A stretch of 37,681 bases of DNA from Pseudomonadota bacterium (lineage in GTDB: Bacteria > UBA10199 > 2-02-FULL-44-16 > JAAZCA01), in assembly GCA_043822785.1 (NCBI GenBank), contig JBDRBN010000006.1, positions 1-37,681 on the forward strand. The letters run 5' to 3'. The notes under the pieces are model-generated. The model saw only the letters and a list, made by a program, of their open reading frames with translations. It was not told where the DNA came from and searched no databases. The translations under genes and the position numbers were made by a program. Below, piece after piece: positions 27,428-35,448 of this stretch. Positions within the stretch are counted from its first letter, which is position 1, and every line of letters begins with the position of its first letter.

Positions 27428-28393
27428 TCACTTATCTACTACTATTGCGGCGTCTCGTGCTGATCTGGCAAAGCTGATAAGCTGTGTGGAAATTTCGTGG
27501 CTTATGTGCTCTCCGAATATCATAACAGCAGCGTCCGTCATTTTTGCCACATCCATCCAGCCATGGGCATCAAGCTTTGGCCCAGTTTCTTGTGTGATTC
27601 GCCATATCAAGTACGAACGGTCCCCTGCGGCCATTAACTTTTCGTCCCTTTGTCCATGTATATGTGTTGCTGAAAACAAAATTTGGCGGATGCATCGGGC
27701 AGCGCTTTCATGCCAGTCCAGGAGGCTCCTCTTTTCTGTCAACAGGGCATTTTGAATGCCCCGCACAACTCTCCAGTCATATGTGGCTGGGTCCTGGTCG
27801 TATTGCAGAGATTCAAACCAATTCCAAGCAGCCATGAGATTATTGCCTGCTTCCTCATGCCATGATTCAGCACCTAGCTGGGCAGCAGTCAATGCTGCGG
27901 TCTCACTCATTATTGCCGCAGCTGAATAATGCTCTAAAGCTTCATAATGTTCAGCAGCAATTACTAAGTGCTCTACGATTTTTGTGATGTCATTTTGATT
28001 CGAACACGCAATCCATATTGCGTCTTCAAGTTGCACATCACCCTTAAGTGCGATTCCATATTTTCTGTATTTCGTGTTCTCGTCCAAGGCTTCGGCTGCA
28101 ATAGCTCTTACATGCTCCAAGTCTGCATGAAGGGTGAATAAACTGCGCGCGCAGGCGGGCTCTTCAAAAACATGTGTGGGCAATTCATCCGGCGGCGTGA
28201 AGTTTGATCCAGCTGGCGGGTCCTCAACCTGTGCCTTAAAATGTGGCAGCTTCACCAATGGATTTGGTTGTGTGAGCTTTTGGCTGGTGAAGTGCGCGTA
28301 CTGGGGCATAAGTATGCCTGCATGTGCGCCCAGTGCAGAGTGAATCACACTGGCAAGCTGTGCTGGGCTGACTGTTGGTAAGGGAGATGACAT
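27428..28393 (-). CDS. Hypothetical alpha-helical protein (paralogue of 28432-29577)
   Basis: 321-aa ORF with AAGGAG RBS; shares ordered motifs with its neighbour. Confidence 0.75.
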   Translation of the reverse strand: MSSPLPTVSPAQLASVIHSALGAHAGILMPQYAHFTSQKLTQPNPLVKLPHFKAQVEDPPAGSNFTPPDELPTHVFEEPACARSLFTLHADLEHVRAIAAEALDENTKYRKYGIALKGDVQLEDAIWIACSNQNDITKIVEHLVIAAEHYEALEHYSAAAIMSETAALTAAQLGAESWHEEAGNNLMAAWNWFESLQYDQDPATYDWRVVRGIQNALLTEKRSLLDWHESAARCIRQILFSATHIHGQRDEKLMAAGDRSYLIWRITQETGPKLDAHGWMDVAKMTDAAVMIFGEHISHEISTQLISFARSARDAAIVVDK

Positions 28394-28431
28394 CTGAGCT
28401 ACTCCTTTTCAAATGCGAGTGTATTATTTAT

Positions 28432-29577
28432 TTATGATGCCGACTTGCTTGCAAACTCACGTGCTGACTTGGCCCAGGTGTGAACTGCTGCTGCGGTCTC
28501 ATCCGATTTGCCGCCTTTGAGTAGTAGATTTGCGATTTCGTCTATCAAGTCTCCGGCAGAGACCCAGTGTGCGCTTATTTCGCTATGGGCTTTTTGGGTT
28601 TTTAGCCAGAGCATGCGCGCCTTATCCTCTACTGCGCGCATAGGTTTTGTCTCGGCATGTGTTCCAACGGAACTCGAAGCAAGTATGCGGGCTAATTCCA
28701 TAAATCTGTTGTCCTTTGGACCAAACGCATATGTGTGCATGGCTTCGTCCATAGCAATGGTGAGGCCGCGCTTGAGCATGGTCCCGTATTCTAAAGGATC
28801 CAGTTTGAATTCCATCAATGCATTTCGATAATAAGACGCAGCGTCATAAGAGGCTTGTGTGGACTTCCAGGTGCGACCGTGTGCTGCACTCATGTAAAGA
28901 TCCCTTGCCGTTTCCAGCGCTATGGCGCCAAGCGGTGTTAACCCTTGTTCAGAAAAGCGTGCGCTTACATTCCTTAACTTATCTGCAGCAGTTTCGAGGT
29001 TTGCGGTCGTTCTTGATGTTGCCAGCGCTGCAGCAGCTATAATTGCAAAAAATGAGTCATCATGATCCCGAGTTGCCATCCATTTCTTTTCTAGCCCTAG
29101 GATATCATTGATATTCACTATTTCGCGCGGGGGGGATGATGAAGCAAGAAAACCATCAGTCATTGAAGTTTCTGTCAGCTCGACGAGCGCACTGAAAAAG
29201 CTCAATTGGGTAAAAAAGCTTTCTCCTTCTCTCAGAGGAGGCAATGCCCTCATCCTCTCAATAGATTCCATGTCAGCAGATGATGCGGGAACGCCCGGCA
29301 TTAAAAAAAGCCTTGGTAAAAACCTATGGGCAGGTGGAAGAGGCCTGTTTTTGCCGGCCCATATGGTGGATATGAGCAACCTTTGCTCAGGTTCCTTGGC
29401 AAGTAACTGGATCTCGTTCCGGTTTTTTTCCTCCTCTGTTGCGTAGTTTGTTGTATCGGATGTTACAAGCGGACCCATCATGCCGGCGTTTGCCAGGGCG
29501 TATGTGAATTGTTCGCCAAAGCCAGCAAGGCTAGTCGGTAATGGGCTTGGCGCTATCTGCATGTTTGCTAATGTCAT
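28432..29577 (-). CDS. Hypothetical alpha-helical protein (paralogue of 27428-28393)
   Basis: 381-aa ORF with AGGAGG RBS. Confidence 0.78.
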   Translation of the reverse strand: MTLANMQIAPSPLPTSLAGFGEQFTYALANAGMMGPLVTSDTTNYATEEEKNRNEIQLLAKEPEQRLLISTIWAGKNRPLPPAHRFLPRLFLMPGVPASSADMESIERMRALPPLREGESFFTQLSFFSALVELTETSMTDGFLASSSPPREIVNINDILGLEKKWMATRDHDDSFFAIIAAAALATSRTTANLETAADKLRNVSARFSEQGLTPLGAIALETARDLYMSAAHGRTWKSTQASYDAASYYRNALMEFKLDPLEYGTMLKRGLTIAMDEAMHTYAFGPKDNRFMELARILASSSVGTHAETKPMRAVEDKARMLWLKTQKAHSEISAHWVSAGDLIDEIANLLLKGGKSDETAAAVHTWAKSAREFASKSAS

Positions 29578-29767
29578 TGTGCCTCCTGTTCTGGTGATGG
29601 AATGGCGCTGCTTAGCACGACGTTGGAGGGTTTTTCAACGTATTAATTTATGCGACATTGCGCAGCGTTTCTATCTGTAGCAAATGTGCCATAAAATACT
29701 TAAAAAACAGTGAGTTATAAACAGAAAGACGTTCGCATAATATTTTTGGGTTGCAGTAAGAAAATCG

Positions 29768-29795
29768 CGCAACTATTTCTGTAATATGCCGAAAA
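29768..29795 (+). promoter_or_regulatory. Variant sigma28-like promoter (CGCAACT-N13-GCCGAAAA)
   Basis: Repeated motif 33 nt upstream of the lipoprotein ATG. Confidence 0.65.
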
Positions 29796-29828
29796 AGCAG
29801 TAGTTGTCATAAATTAAAGGAGGACATC

Positions 29829-30413
29829 ATGTATAAGATAGCTCTTGCCTTAATAGCGGTTCTTCTCTTTGCCGCCTGCCACGGCGATGGCATTGGCATG
29901 GAGTGGGACGCAGGCCAAAAAGGTACTCCTTCAGTGTCTTCTGATGAAACAGGTATGGAGGAGCTTATCATGATATGGTATGGCCCAGGCACTACAACTA
30001 ATTTTATTAAAGAGATCGTTGTGAATACTGGCAGGTTGATCTCTGTGAATATTGATTTTGTAGATGCGGAAAGTGCTGTTGTGGATTCGTGCGCTGGTTC
30101 AGTAGAGCTTACTGAAGAGGATTATCAGAACATCATTACTTATGTTAACGCTGCTGATCTTATGAATTACGAACCCCCTACTGAGGGAGATGAGGATTGC
30201 GTACCTACGGACGATCCATCACATGTAGTTATTACGTATAAGGCAACAGGGGATGTGGAAAACACCTTTGACACCGGTTACTGTCAGCTTGAAGAATCCA
30301 TAAGTAACATTGCCATCACAATGAACGGACTGGCAAATAACTATGTAACGGATTGTACGGAGGGGCCCCTTGCTCCTGCAGAGGAAGACGATACAAGCGG
30401 AGCATCTGAATAA
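29829..30413 (+). CDS. Acidic lipoprotein of unknown function
   Basis: Lipobox LFAAC; AAGGAGG RBS; Asp/Glu-rich with four further Cys. Confidence 0.82.
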   Translation: MYKIALALIAVLLFAACHGDGIGMEWDAGQKGTPSVSSDETGMEELIMIWYGPGTTTNFIKEIVVNTGRLISVNIDFVDAESAVVDSCAGSVELTEEDYQNIITYVNAADLMNYEPPTEGDEDCVPTDDPSHVVITYKATGDVENTFDTGYCQLEESISNIAITMNGLANNYVTDCTEGPLAPAEEDDTSGASE

Positions 30414-30558
30414 ACCAAAGCAATGGAAATGTTTGAACAGAGCCAGCTTGATGGCCTAAATTAGGCCATTGGTAATGGGACAATTGAATAGTTATATATT
30501 TTATGAGCATGATTTAAGTTTCTTGACTCTCAACAGTATTATAAAGAATATACGTATT

Positions 30559-30891
30559 ATGAAATCACCAGAGTCTTTAAAGTATTTTATAAAGAAAATC
30601 GATGCATTAAAGAAAGAACTTTATCTCATCATTCTATTCGGTTCATTTGTAAGAGGTGAGCCTGGTCCCTATTCGGATATTGATCTCCTGATAATAACGA
30701 AAAGACAAGATCGAGCACTTCACGATGAAATTGTCGCAATTGCCGAAGAGGCAATGGCTTTGACCGACTATGAAGAGCTTCTTTCGCCACATGTAGTACC
30801 GTTGGATCATTATAACCGCTTGCGCGAATGTCGCAGTGACTTTTATCAAACTCTCTGCGATGAAGGTCGTGAATTATGGAAAGCAGCTTAA
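30559..30891 (+). CDS. Minimal nucleotidyltransferase (MNT) antitoxin-like protein
   Basis: LFGSFVRGEPGPYSDIDLLI (GSx10DxD). Confidence 0.9.
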   Translation: MKSPESLKYFIKKIDALKKELYLIILFGSFVRGEPGPYSDIDLLIITKRQDRALHDEIVAIAEEAMALTDYEELLSPHVVPLDHYNRLRECRSDFYQTLCDEGRELWKAA

Positions 30892-31265
30892 CTCTTTATA
30901 ATGCATATAGAGAGCGTGCTCTTAGTGAGATAAAACAGCTTGACGAGCTCTCAGACGCTCTTCTTCCACAAACTATGGTCTCACGTGCATATTACGCTGC
31001 ATTTTATGCTATGAAAGCACAATTGGCCTTCGCCGAGGTTGTTACGCGAAGTCATAAACAAGCGCTAATAGAGTTCAGGAAGCACTTTATTAGGACTAAG
31101 AGGCTGTCTGCTAAATACAGCAAGTTATTGACCAAGCTATTTGAAATGCGTGAGCTAGCCGACTATGATGTCATGTGGGATTTACCGCAGGATGAATTTG
31201 ATGAACTTTTGTCTCAAGTTAGAGAATTGGTTGATATGGTGCTTGAACTCGGCCACTCGAAATAA
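30876..31265 (+). CDS. HEPN domain protein (UPF0332-like)
   Basis: SRAYYAAFYA, SH and RELADY motifs; overlaps the MNT stop. Confidence 0.88.
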   Translation: MESSLTLYNAYRERALSEIKQLDELSDALLPQTMVSRAYYAAFYAMKAQLAFAEVVTRSHKQALIEFRKHFIRTKRLSAKYSKLLTKLFEMRELADYDVMWDLPQDEFDELLSQVRELVDMVLELGHSK

Positions 31266-31299
31266 ATGAGGTGCCGGATGAGTAGATTGATCTCACGTG

Positions 31300-31332
31300 A
31301 AGGCCACCCTTCCAAAGAGGGGCGGCTTTTTT
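31300..31332 (+). terminator. Intrinsic terminator or attenuator before the transcarbamylase gene
   Basis: AAGGCCACCCUUC-caaa-GAGGGGCGGCUUUUUU. Confidence 0.7.
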
Positions 31333-31408
31333 ATGTGCCTTGTTCTTTTCTCGTTCGTGCGCTAAGAGTAATGACTTCTCGCTGTGAACTCACGAGGCGG
31401 AGGCGCAC

Positions 31409-32422
31409 ATGGATGAGCTGGTCGGCAGGCACTTTATCACCACGCAGGATTGGAGTATGTATGAGCTGGATCGAGCCCTGGATCTTTCTTTTGTGCTCAA
31501 AGAGCTTAAGAGAAAGGGAGAAATTACGGATTGGCTCAAAAACCAAACAGTTTTCATGCTTTTCTTTGAGCAGTCCACCCGCACGCGCAACTCCATGGGC
31601 TGCGGAATTACTCAGCTGGGCGGAAACTCCCATGACTTAACGCCAGACAAAATGCAGCTCACGCACGGTGAAACTGCCAAGGACACAGCAAAAGTCTTAT
31701 CGCGCATGGGCCATGCCATTGCCTGCCGCAACTGTTTTTTTGGAATAGGAAATAGATATCTTAATGAGTTGGCAAAATATTCGAATGTACCCGTCTTAAA
31801 TCTTCAGGACGATATTTATCATCCCATGCAGGTGATGGCTGATCTCATGACTCTTCAAGAAAAATTTGGAAAGAATCTCAGAGGCCTTAAGGTTACCATC
31901 AGCTGGGCATATGCCGAAAGCCATGCCAAGCCCTTGTCAGTGCCCCAGTCGCAGATACTGCTCTTTACCCGTTATGGCATGGATATCACCGTTGCATCAC
32001 CACCAGAGTTTCCTCTTATGCCGGATGTTATAGAGGCAGCAGTGCGCAACGAGCAAGAGGAGCATGGCGGAAGCTTGAGATATGTGGACGATATGGACGA
32101 GGGATTTCGCGGGGCCCAAGTTGTTATTCCAAAGAATTGGGGCGGATTTGCCGGCCTTTCAGACTGGGTTGACGACGAGGCGCACTTTGCGCAGATGAAG
32201 GCAAACCTGAGCAAGTACAAAGGCTGGATTTGCGATGCTCGACGCATGGGGCTTGCAGACAAAAACGTAAAATACATGCATGCGCTTCCTGCCGACCGAG
32301 GCAATGAAGTAACGGACGAGGTGATCGATAATGAAAACTGGTCGATCATCTATGATGAAGCTGAAAACCGCCTGCATACTGCAAAGTCGATAATGGCGTT
32401 AACGATGGGAGGGGTAAAATGA
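31409..32422 (+). CDS. YgeW-related (knotted-type) carbamoyltransferase
   Basis: STRT, HPMQ, WAYAESHAKPLSVPQ (YgeW-like loop), HALPADR, EAENRLH. Confidence 0.85.
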   Translation: MDELVGRHFITTQDWSMYELDRALDLSFVLKELKRKGEITDWLKNQTVFMLFFEQSTRTRNSMGCGITQLGGNSHDLTPDKMQLTHGETAKDTAKVLSRMGHAIACRNCFFGIGNRYLNELAKYSNVPVLNLQDDIYHPMQVMADLMTLQEKFGKNLRGLKVTISWAYAESHAKPLSVPQSQILLFTRYGMDITVASPPEFPLMPDVIEAAVRNEQEEHGGSLRYVDDMDEGFRGAQVVIPKNWGGFAGLSDWVDDEAHFAQMKANLSKYKGWICDARRMGLADKNVKYMHALPADRGNEVTDEVIDNENWSIIYDEAENRLHTAKSIMALTMGGVK

Positions 32423-32435
32423 CATTCCGAAGGAA

Positions 32436-32528
32436 TGTCATTGCGAGGAGTGCAACGACGAAGCAATCCCCGACTTCCCAATGATAAATGGAGATCGCCA
32501 CGCCCGCTGTCGCGGGCTCGCGATGACA
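32436..32528. repeat. REP-like element
   Basis: TGTCATTGCGAG...CTCGCGATGACA. Confidence 0.88.
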
Positions 32529-32546
32529 TTGCCAAGGAGGGACTAC

Positions 32547-32807
32547 ATGTTATTCTTTCGGGTAAACAAAGAATTTTTGACACAGAAGCGGGTAAGGGCA
32601 TTTGTCTGGACAGATCTCATCATCGGTGCGATCGCCCTGGGTTTTGCAATAGAGTTGCATGGTTGCAAATGGTCAATCATGTTCGCGGTTGTGAGCGTGG
32701 TGTGCCTCATCGATTCATCCCTTATGCGTTATCTGTATGAGATAAAACGAGCTGTCAGAGGTGCGACGCAGTCGGTGTTGATCAGTGAGGAATCGAGTGA
32801 TACTTGA
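32547..32807 (+). CDS. Small two-TM hypothetical protein
   Basis: AAGGAGG RBS before ATG 32547; two hydrophobic segments. Confidence 0.6.
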   Translation: MLFFRVNKEFLTQKRVRAFVWTDLIIGAIALGFAIELHGCKWSIMFAVVSVVCLIDSSLMRYLYEIKRAVRGATQSVLISEESSDT

Positions 32808-34056
32808 TAAGGCATTTACTCCCATACAAGCCAAGCTCGAAGCCACACGTTGCCTTATGTGCGAGGATGCATCGTGCACGTGTGATTGCCCAGCAGGCGT
32901 GGATGCGCGCTCCTTCATAAGAAAGATCCGCTTTGATAACCTAGACGGCGCAGTAAGACAGCTCAAACAATGTAATGTTTTGTCAGCCTCGTGCGCATAT
33001 ATCTGTCCTACGGGTGCGCTCTGTGCAAAGGAGTGTAGAGCAGAAGGGCTTAGTCGACCTATAGATATCAAAGGCCTTCAGCGTTTTGTGTGCGACTATG
33101 AGCGAAAGCTGGGGATGATCGAGCCTGTTTGCTCAAAGCGCGATGGCCCAAGGGTGGCCGTCGTGGGTGCAGGGCCGGCAGGCCTTGGGTGCGCGGCAGA
33201 GCTTGCTGTGCGCAACTATGCGGTCACGCTCTTCGAACGCGACTCCAAAGCAGGCGGCATGTTAAGGCAATGCATACCTTTGTTCAGGCTGCCGGAGGAG
33301 ATTTTGGATTTTGAAGAGCAGTTCATTAGCAAGCTAGGTGTGGAATTTAATTTTGAAAGCGAAATCGCTGATCCAAAAACTCTTTTGAATGATGGATTTG
33401 AGGCGGTGTTTATTGCTGCAGGGGTTTCTAAAGCAAAGGACATGGATGTGCACGGCGCAAATCTTTCTGGAGTATATCTGTCTTTGGATCTCCTCAAAGC
33501 TGTAAAGCGCGGCGATGCTATTGATTTGGGCAAGAGAACTGTTGTCGTAGGCGGCGGTGACACGGCGCTTGACTGCGCGCGCATCGCAAGAGCGGCTGGA
33601 AGCGAATGCTTACTGCTATATCGCCGCACACAAAAAGAGATGCCGGCTTATAAAGAAGAGATCGATGCAGCCTGGGATGAAGGCGTCGAGTTTTATTTTC
33701 GTACAGTCGTGCATGGAATAGCTGGCACCGACAAGGTAGATGGCGTCAGGTGCGTGAGGGTGCGCTGGCATGATAAGATAGTGGGAATGCCGCAGTCCTA
33801 TGATGTTGAAGGCGCCCAATTTCAGATCGCATGCAATTCTGTGATAATCGCTGTAGGGCAAAAACCGTCCTCTACATTTGGGCTAAGGAGCGCTCCTTCA
33901 GGACTCATTGCAGTTGAGAAGGATACGATGATGACGTCTGCGCCGGGCGTATTTGCCGGCGGCGATATCGTTGACGGCGGCACGACCGCAGCACAGGCTG
34001 TGGGAATGGGAAAGAAGGCTGCGGTTAATATAGATAGGTATTTAAAAGCCTTATGA
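32797..34056 (+). CDS. preT: PreT/GltD-like Fe-S flavoprotein (dihydropyrimidine dehydrogenase subunit)
   Basis: RCLMCEDASCTCDCP, ICPTGALC, GAGPAG, GGGDTALD, FAGGD; start probably GTG 32797. Confidence 0.82.
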   Translation: MILDKAFTPIQAKLEATRCLMCEDASCTCDCPAGVDARSFIRKIRFDNLDGAVRQLKQCNVLSASCAYICPTGALCAKECRAEGLSRPIDIKGLQRFVCDYERKLGMIEPVCSKRDGPRVAVVGAGPAGLGCAAELAVRNYAVTLFERDSKAGGMLRQCIPLFRLPEEILDFEEQFISKLGVEFNFESEIADPKTLLNDGFEAVFIAAGVSKAKDMDVHGANLSGVYLSLDLLKAVKRGDAIDLGKRTVVVGGGDTALDCARIARAAGSECLLLYRRTQKEMPAYKEEIDAAWDEGVEFYFRTVVHGIAGTDKVDGVRCVRVRWHDKIVGMPQSYDVEGAQFQIACNSVIIAVGQKPSSTFGLRSAPSGLIAVEKDTMMTSAPGVFAGGDIVDGGTTAAQAVGMGKKAAVNIDRYLKAL

Positions 34057-34066
34057 AAGGAATATG

Positions 34067-34215
34067 AAATTCCAAAAACCAAATTACAAATTCCAAATAA
34101 ATTCCAGATTCCAATGACCAAATGACCGAAACTCAGATTAAAGAGTTTTTGTTTGGAATTTGAAGATTGTTAATTGGAATTTGTTTGGAGTTTGGTGCTT
34201 GGAATTTGGAGTTTT
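34067..34215. repeat. AAATTCC / TTGGAAT heptamer arms forming a long imperfect inverted repeat
   Basis: Left arm 34067-34132, right arm 34151-34215. Confidence 0.85.
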
Positions 34216-34221
34216 TACAAA

Positions 34222-35448
34222 ATGTATCCCAAACCTAAAACAAACCTCTCAATAAATTTTTGTGGCGTAGAATTCGCGCATCCCTTTATCCTCGCGGCAG
34301 CACCTCCAACCGACGACCTTGATATGGTTCGAGATGGGCTACGGGCAGGTTGGTCCGGCGCTGTACTCAAAACTACTTCTGTTGAAAAAACCGAGGTTCA
34401 TCTCGCGTATCCTATGATGAGCGGTATCGACTACAACGGTGCGCGCTTGATTGGTATGGGCAACATCGACCTAATAAGCGAACATCACATCGATGAGGTG
34501 GAGAGAAGAATAAGGACGCTTAAGTCCGAATTCAAAGATAAGCGCATCATTGCGTCCATCAGTGGACAAGATAAGGATTCATGGCAGGCCCTTGCCAAAC
34601 GCACGGCTGATGCTGGCGCGGATATGATCGAGTGCAGCTTTTCATGCCCACAGGGAAGTATGGGCCTGAAACCAGGCGCAATGCTTGGACAAAGCGCAAA
34701 AGCATCTGCAGAGGTTGCAGGCTGGATAAAGAAAGCCGCTGGCAAGGTGCCCATCATCATAAAACTCACTCCTCAGGTAGAAGACATAGCTGAAATGGCG
34801 CTAGCTGTTAAAGGAGCAGGTGCAGATGCTGTGTGCGTTGGCAACACGTTGCCAGTGCTTATGGGAGTTGATCCAAATTCATGGGTGCCGTTTCCAAATG
34901 TCTATGACAAATCAACATATTCAGGTCTATCAGGTCCTGCAATAAAGCCGGTCTCGCTCAAGTGTGTAGCTGAAGTAGCGAAGAAAGCAAAAATGCCCAT
35001 CGCGGGCAGCGGCGGCGCTGTAACTTGGCAGGATACGTTGGAGTATTTACTTCTTGGAGCAACGGTTGTGGAGTTCTGCACTGCCGTCATGCATTACGGC
35101 TTTGATATCGTAACTGATCTTATTGAAGGTCTTTCCTCTTATTTGGAAAAGCGAGGTATAAAATCGTTACGCGAAATCATGGGAGCTTCTCTTAACAAAA
35201 TCGTGTCGCACGATGATCTGTTCAAACAAAATGGTGCAAAAGGATTTAGACCTAGTATTGATGAGGATAGCTGTGTGCGTTGCGGGCTTTGTGTTATCGC
35301 ATGCCGCGATGGTGCCCATCGTGCTATAGAGCTAAATTCAGAGCGCCTGCCTCAAATCGATGATGAGAAGTGCGTGGGCTGCGCCCTATGCTCGGTGATA
35401 TGTCCTGCTTATTGTATAGAGATGGTGGTGCGTGAGGAGAAAAAATGA
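34222..35448 (+). CDS. preA: PreA-like FMN / 2x[4Fe-4S] dihydropyrimidine dehydrogenase subunit
   Basis: AAAPPTD, NIDLIS, FSCPQG, KLTP, SGPAIKP and two CxxCxxCxxxC motifs; start ATG 34222. Confidence 0.88.
   Translation: MYPKPKTNLSINFCGVEFAHPFILAAAPPTDDLDMVRDGLRAGWSGAVLKTTSVEKTEVHLAYPMMSGIDYNGARLIGMGNIDLISEHHIDEVERRIRTLKSEFKDKRIIASISGQDKDSWQALAKRTADAGADMIECSFSCPQGSMGLKPGAMLGQSAKASAEVAGWIKKAAGKVPIIIKLTPQVEDIAEMALAVKGAGADAVCVGNTLPVLMGVDPNSWVPFPNVYDKSTYSGLSGPAIKPVSLKCVAEVAKKAKMPIAGSGGAVTWQDTLEYLLLGATVVEFCTAVMHYGFDIVTDLIEGLSSYLEKRGIKSLREIMGASLNKIVSHDDLFKQNGAKGFRPSIDEDSCVRCGLCVIACRDGAHRAIELNSERLPQIDDEKCVGCALCSVICPAYCIEMVVREEKK

Noticed and set aside
29727..29754. Fifth variant sigma28-like promoter for the orphan pair (GCAACC...GCGAAC, minus strand)
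   Set aside because: The CGA core is 2 nt out of register and the -10 match is poor.
31266..31640. ORFs 31266-31640 (+) and 31331-31633 (-)
   Set aside because: They overlap the terminator and the well-supported transcarbamylase in other frames and carry no motifs.
34174..34221. N-terminal extension of PreA (MEFVWSLVLGIWSF), and ORF 33822-34121
   Set aside because: Both are read-throughs of the heptamer repeat arms.
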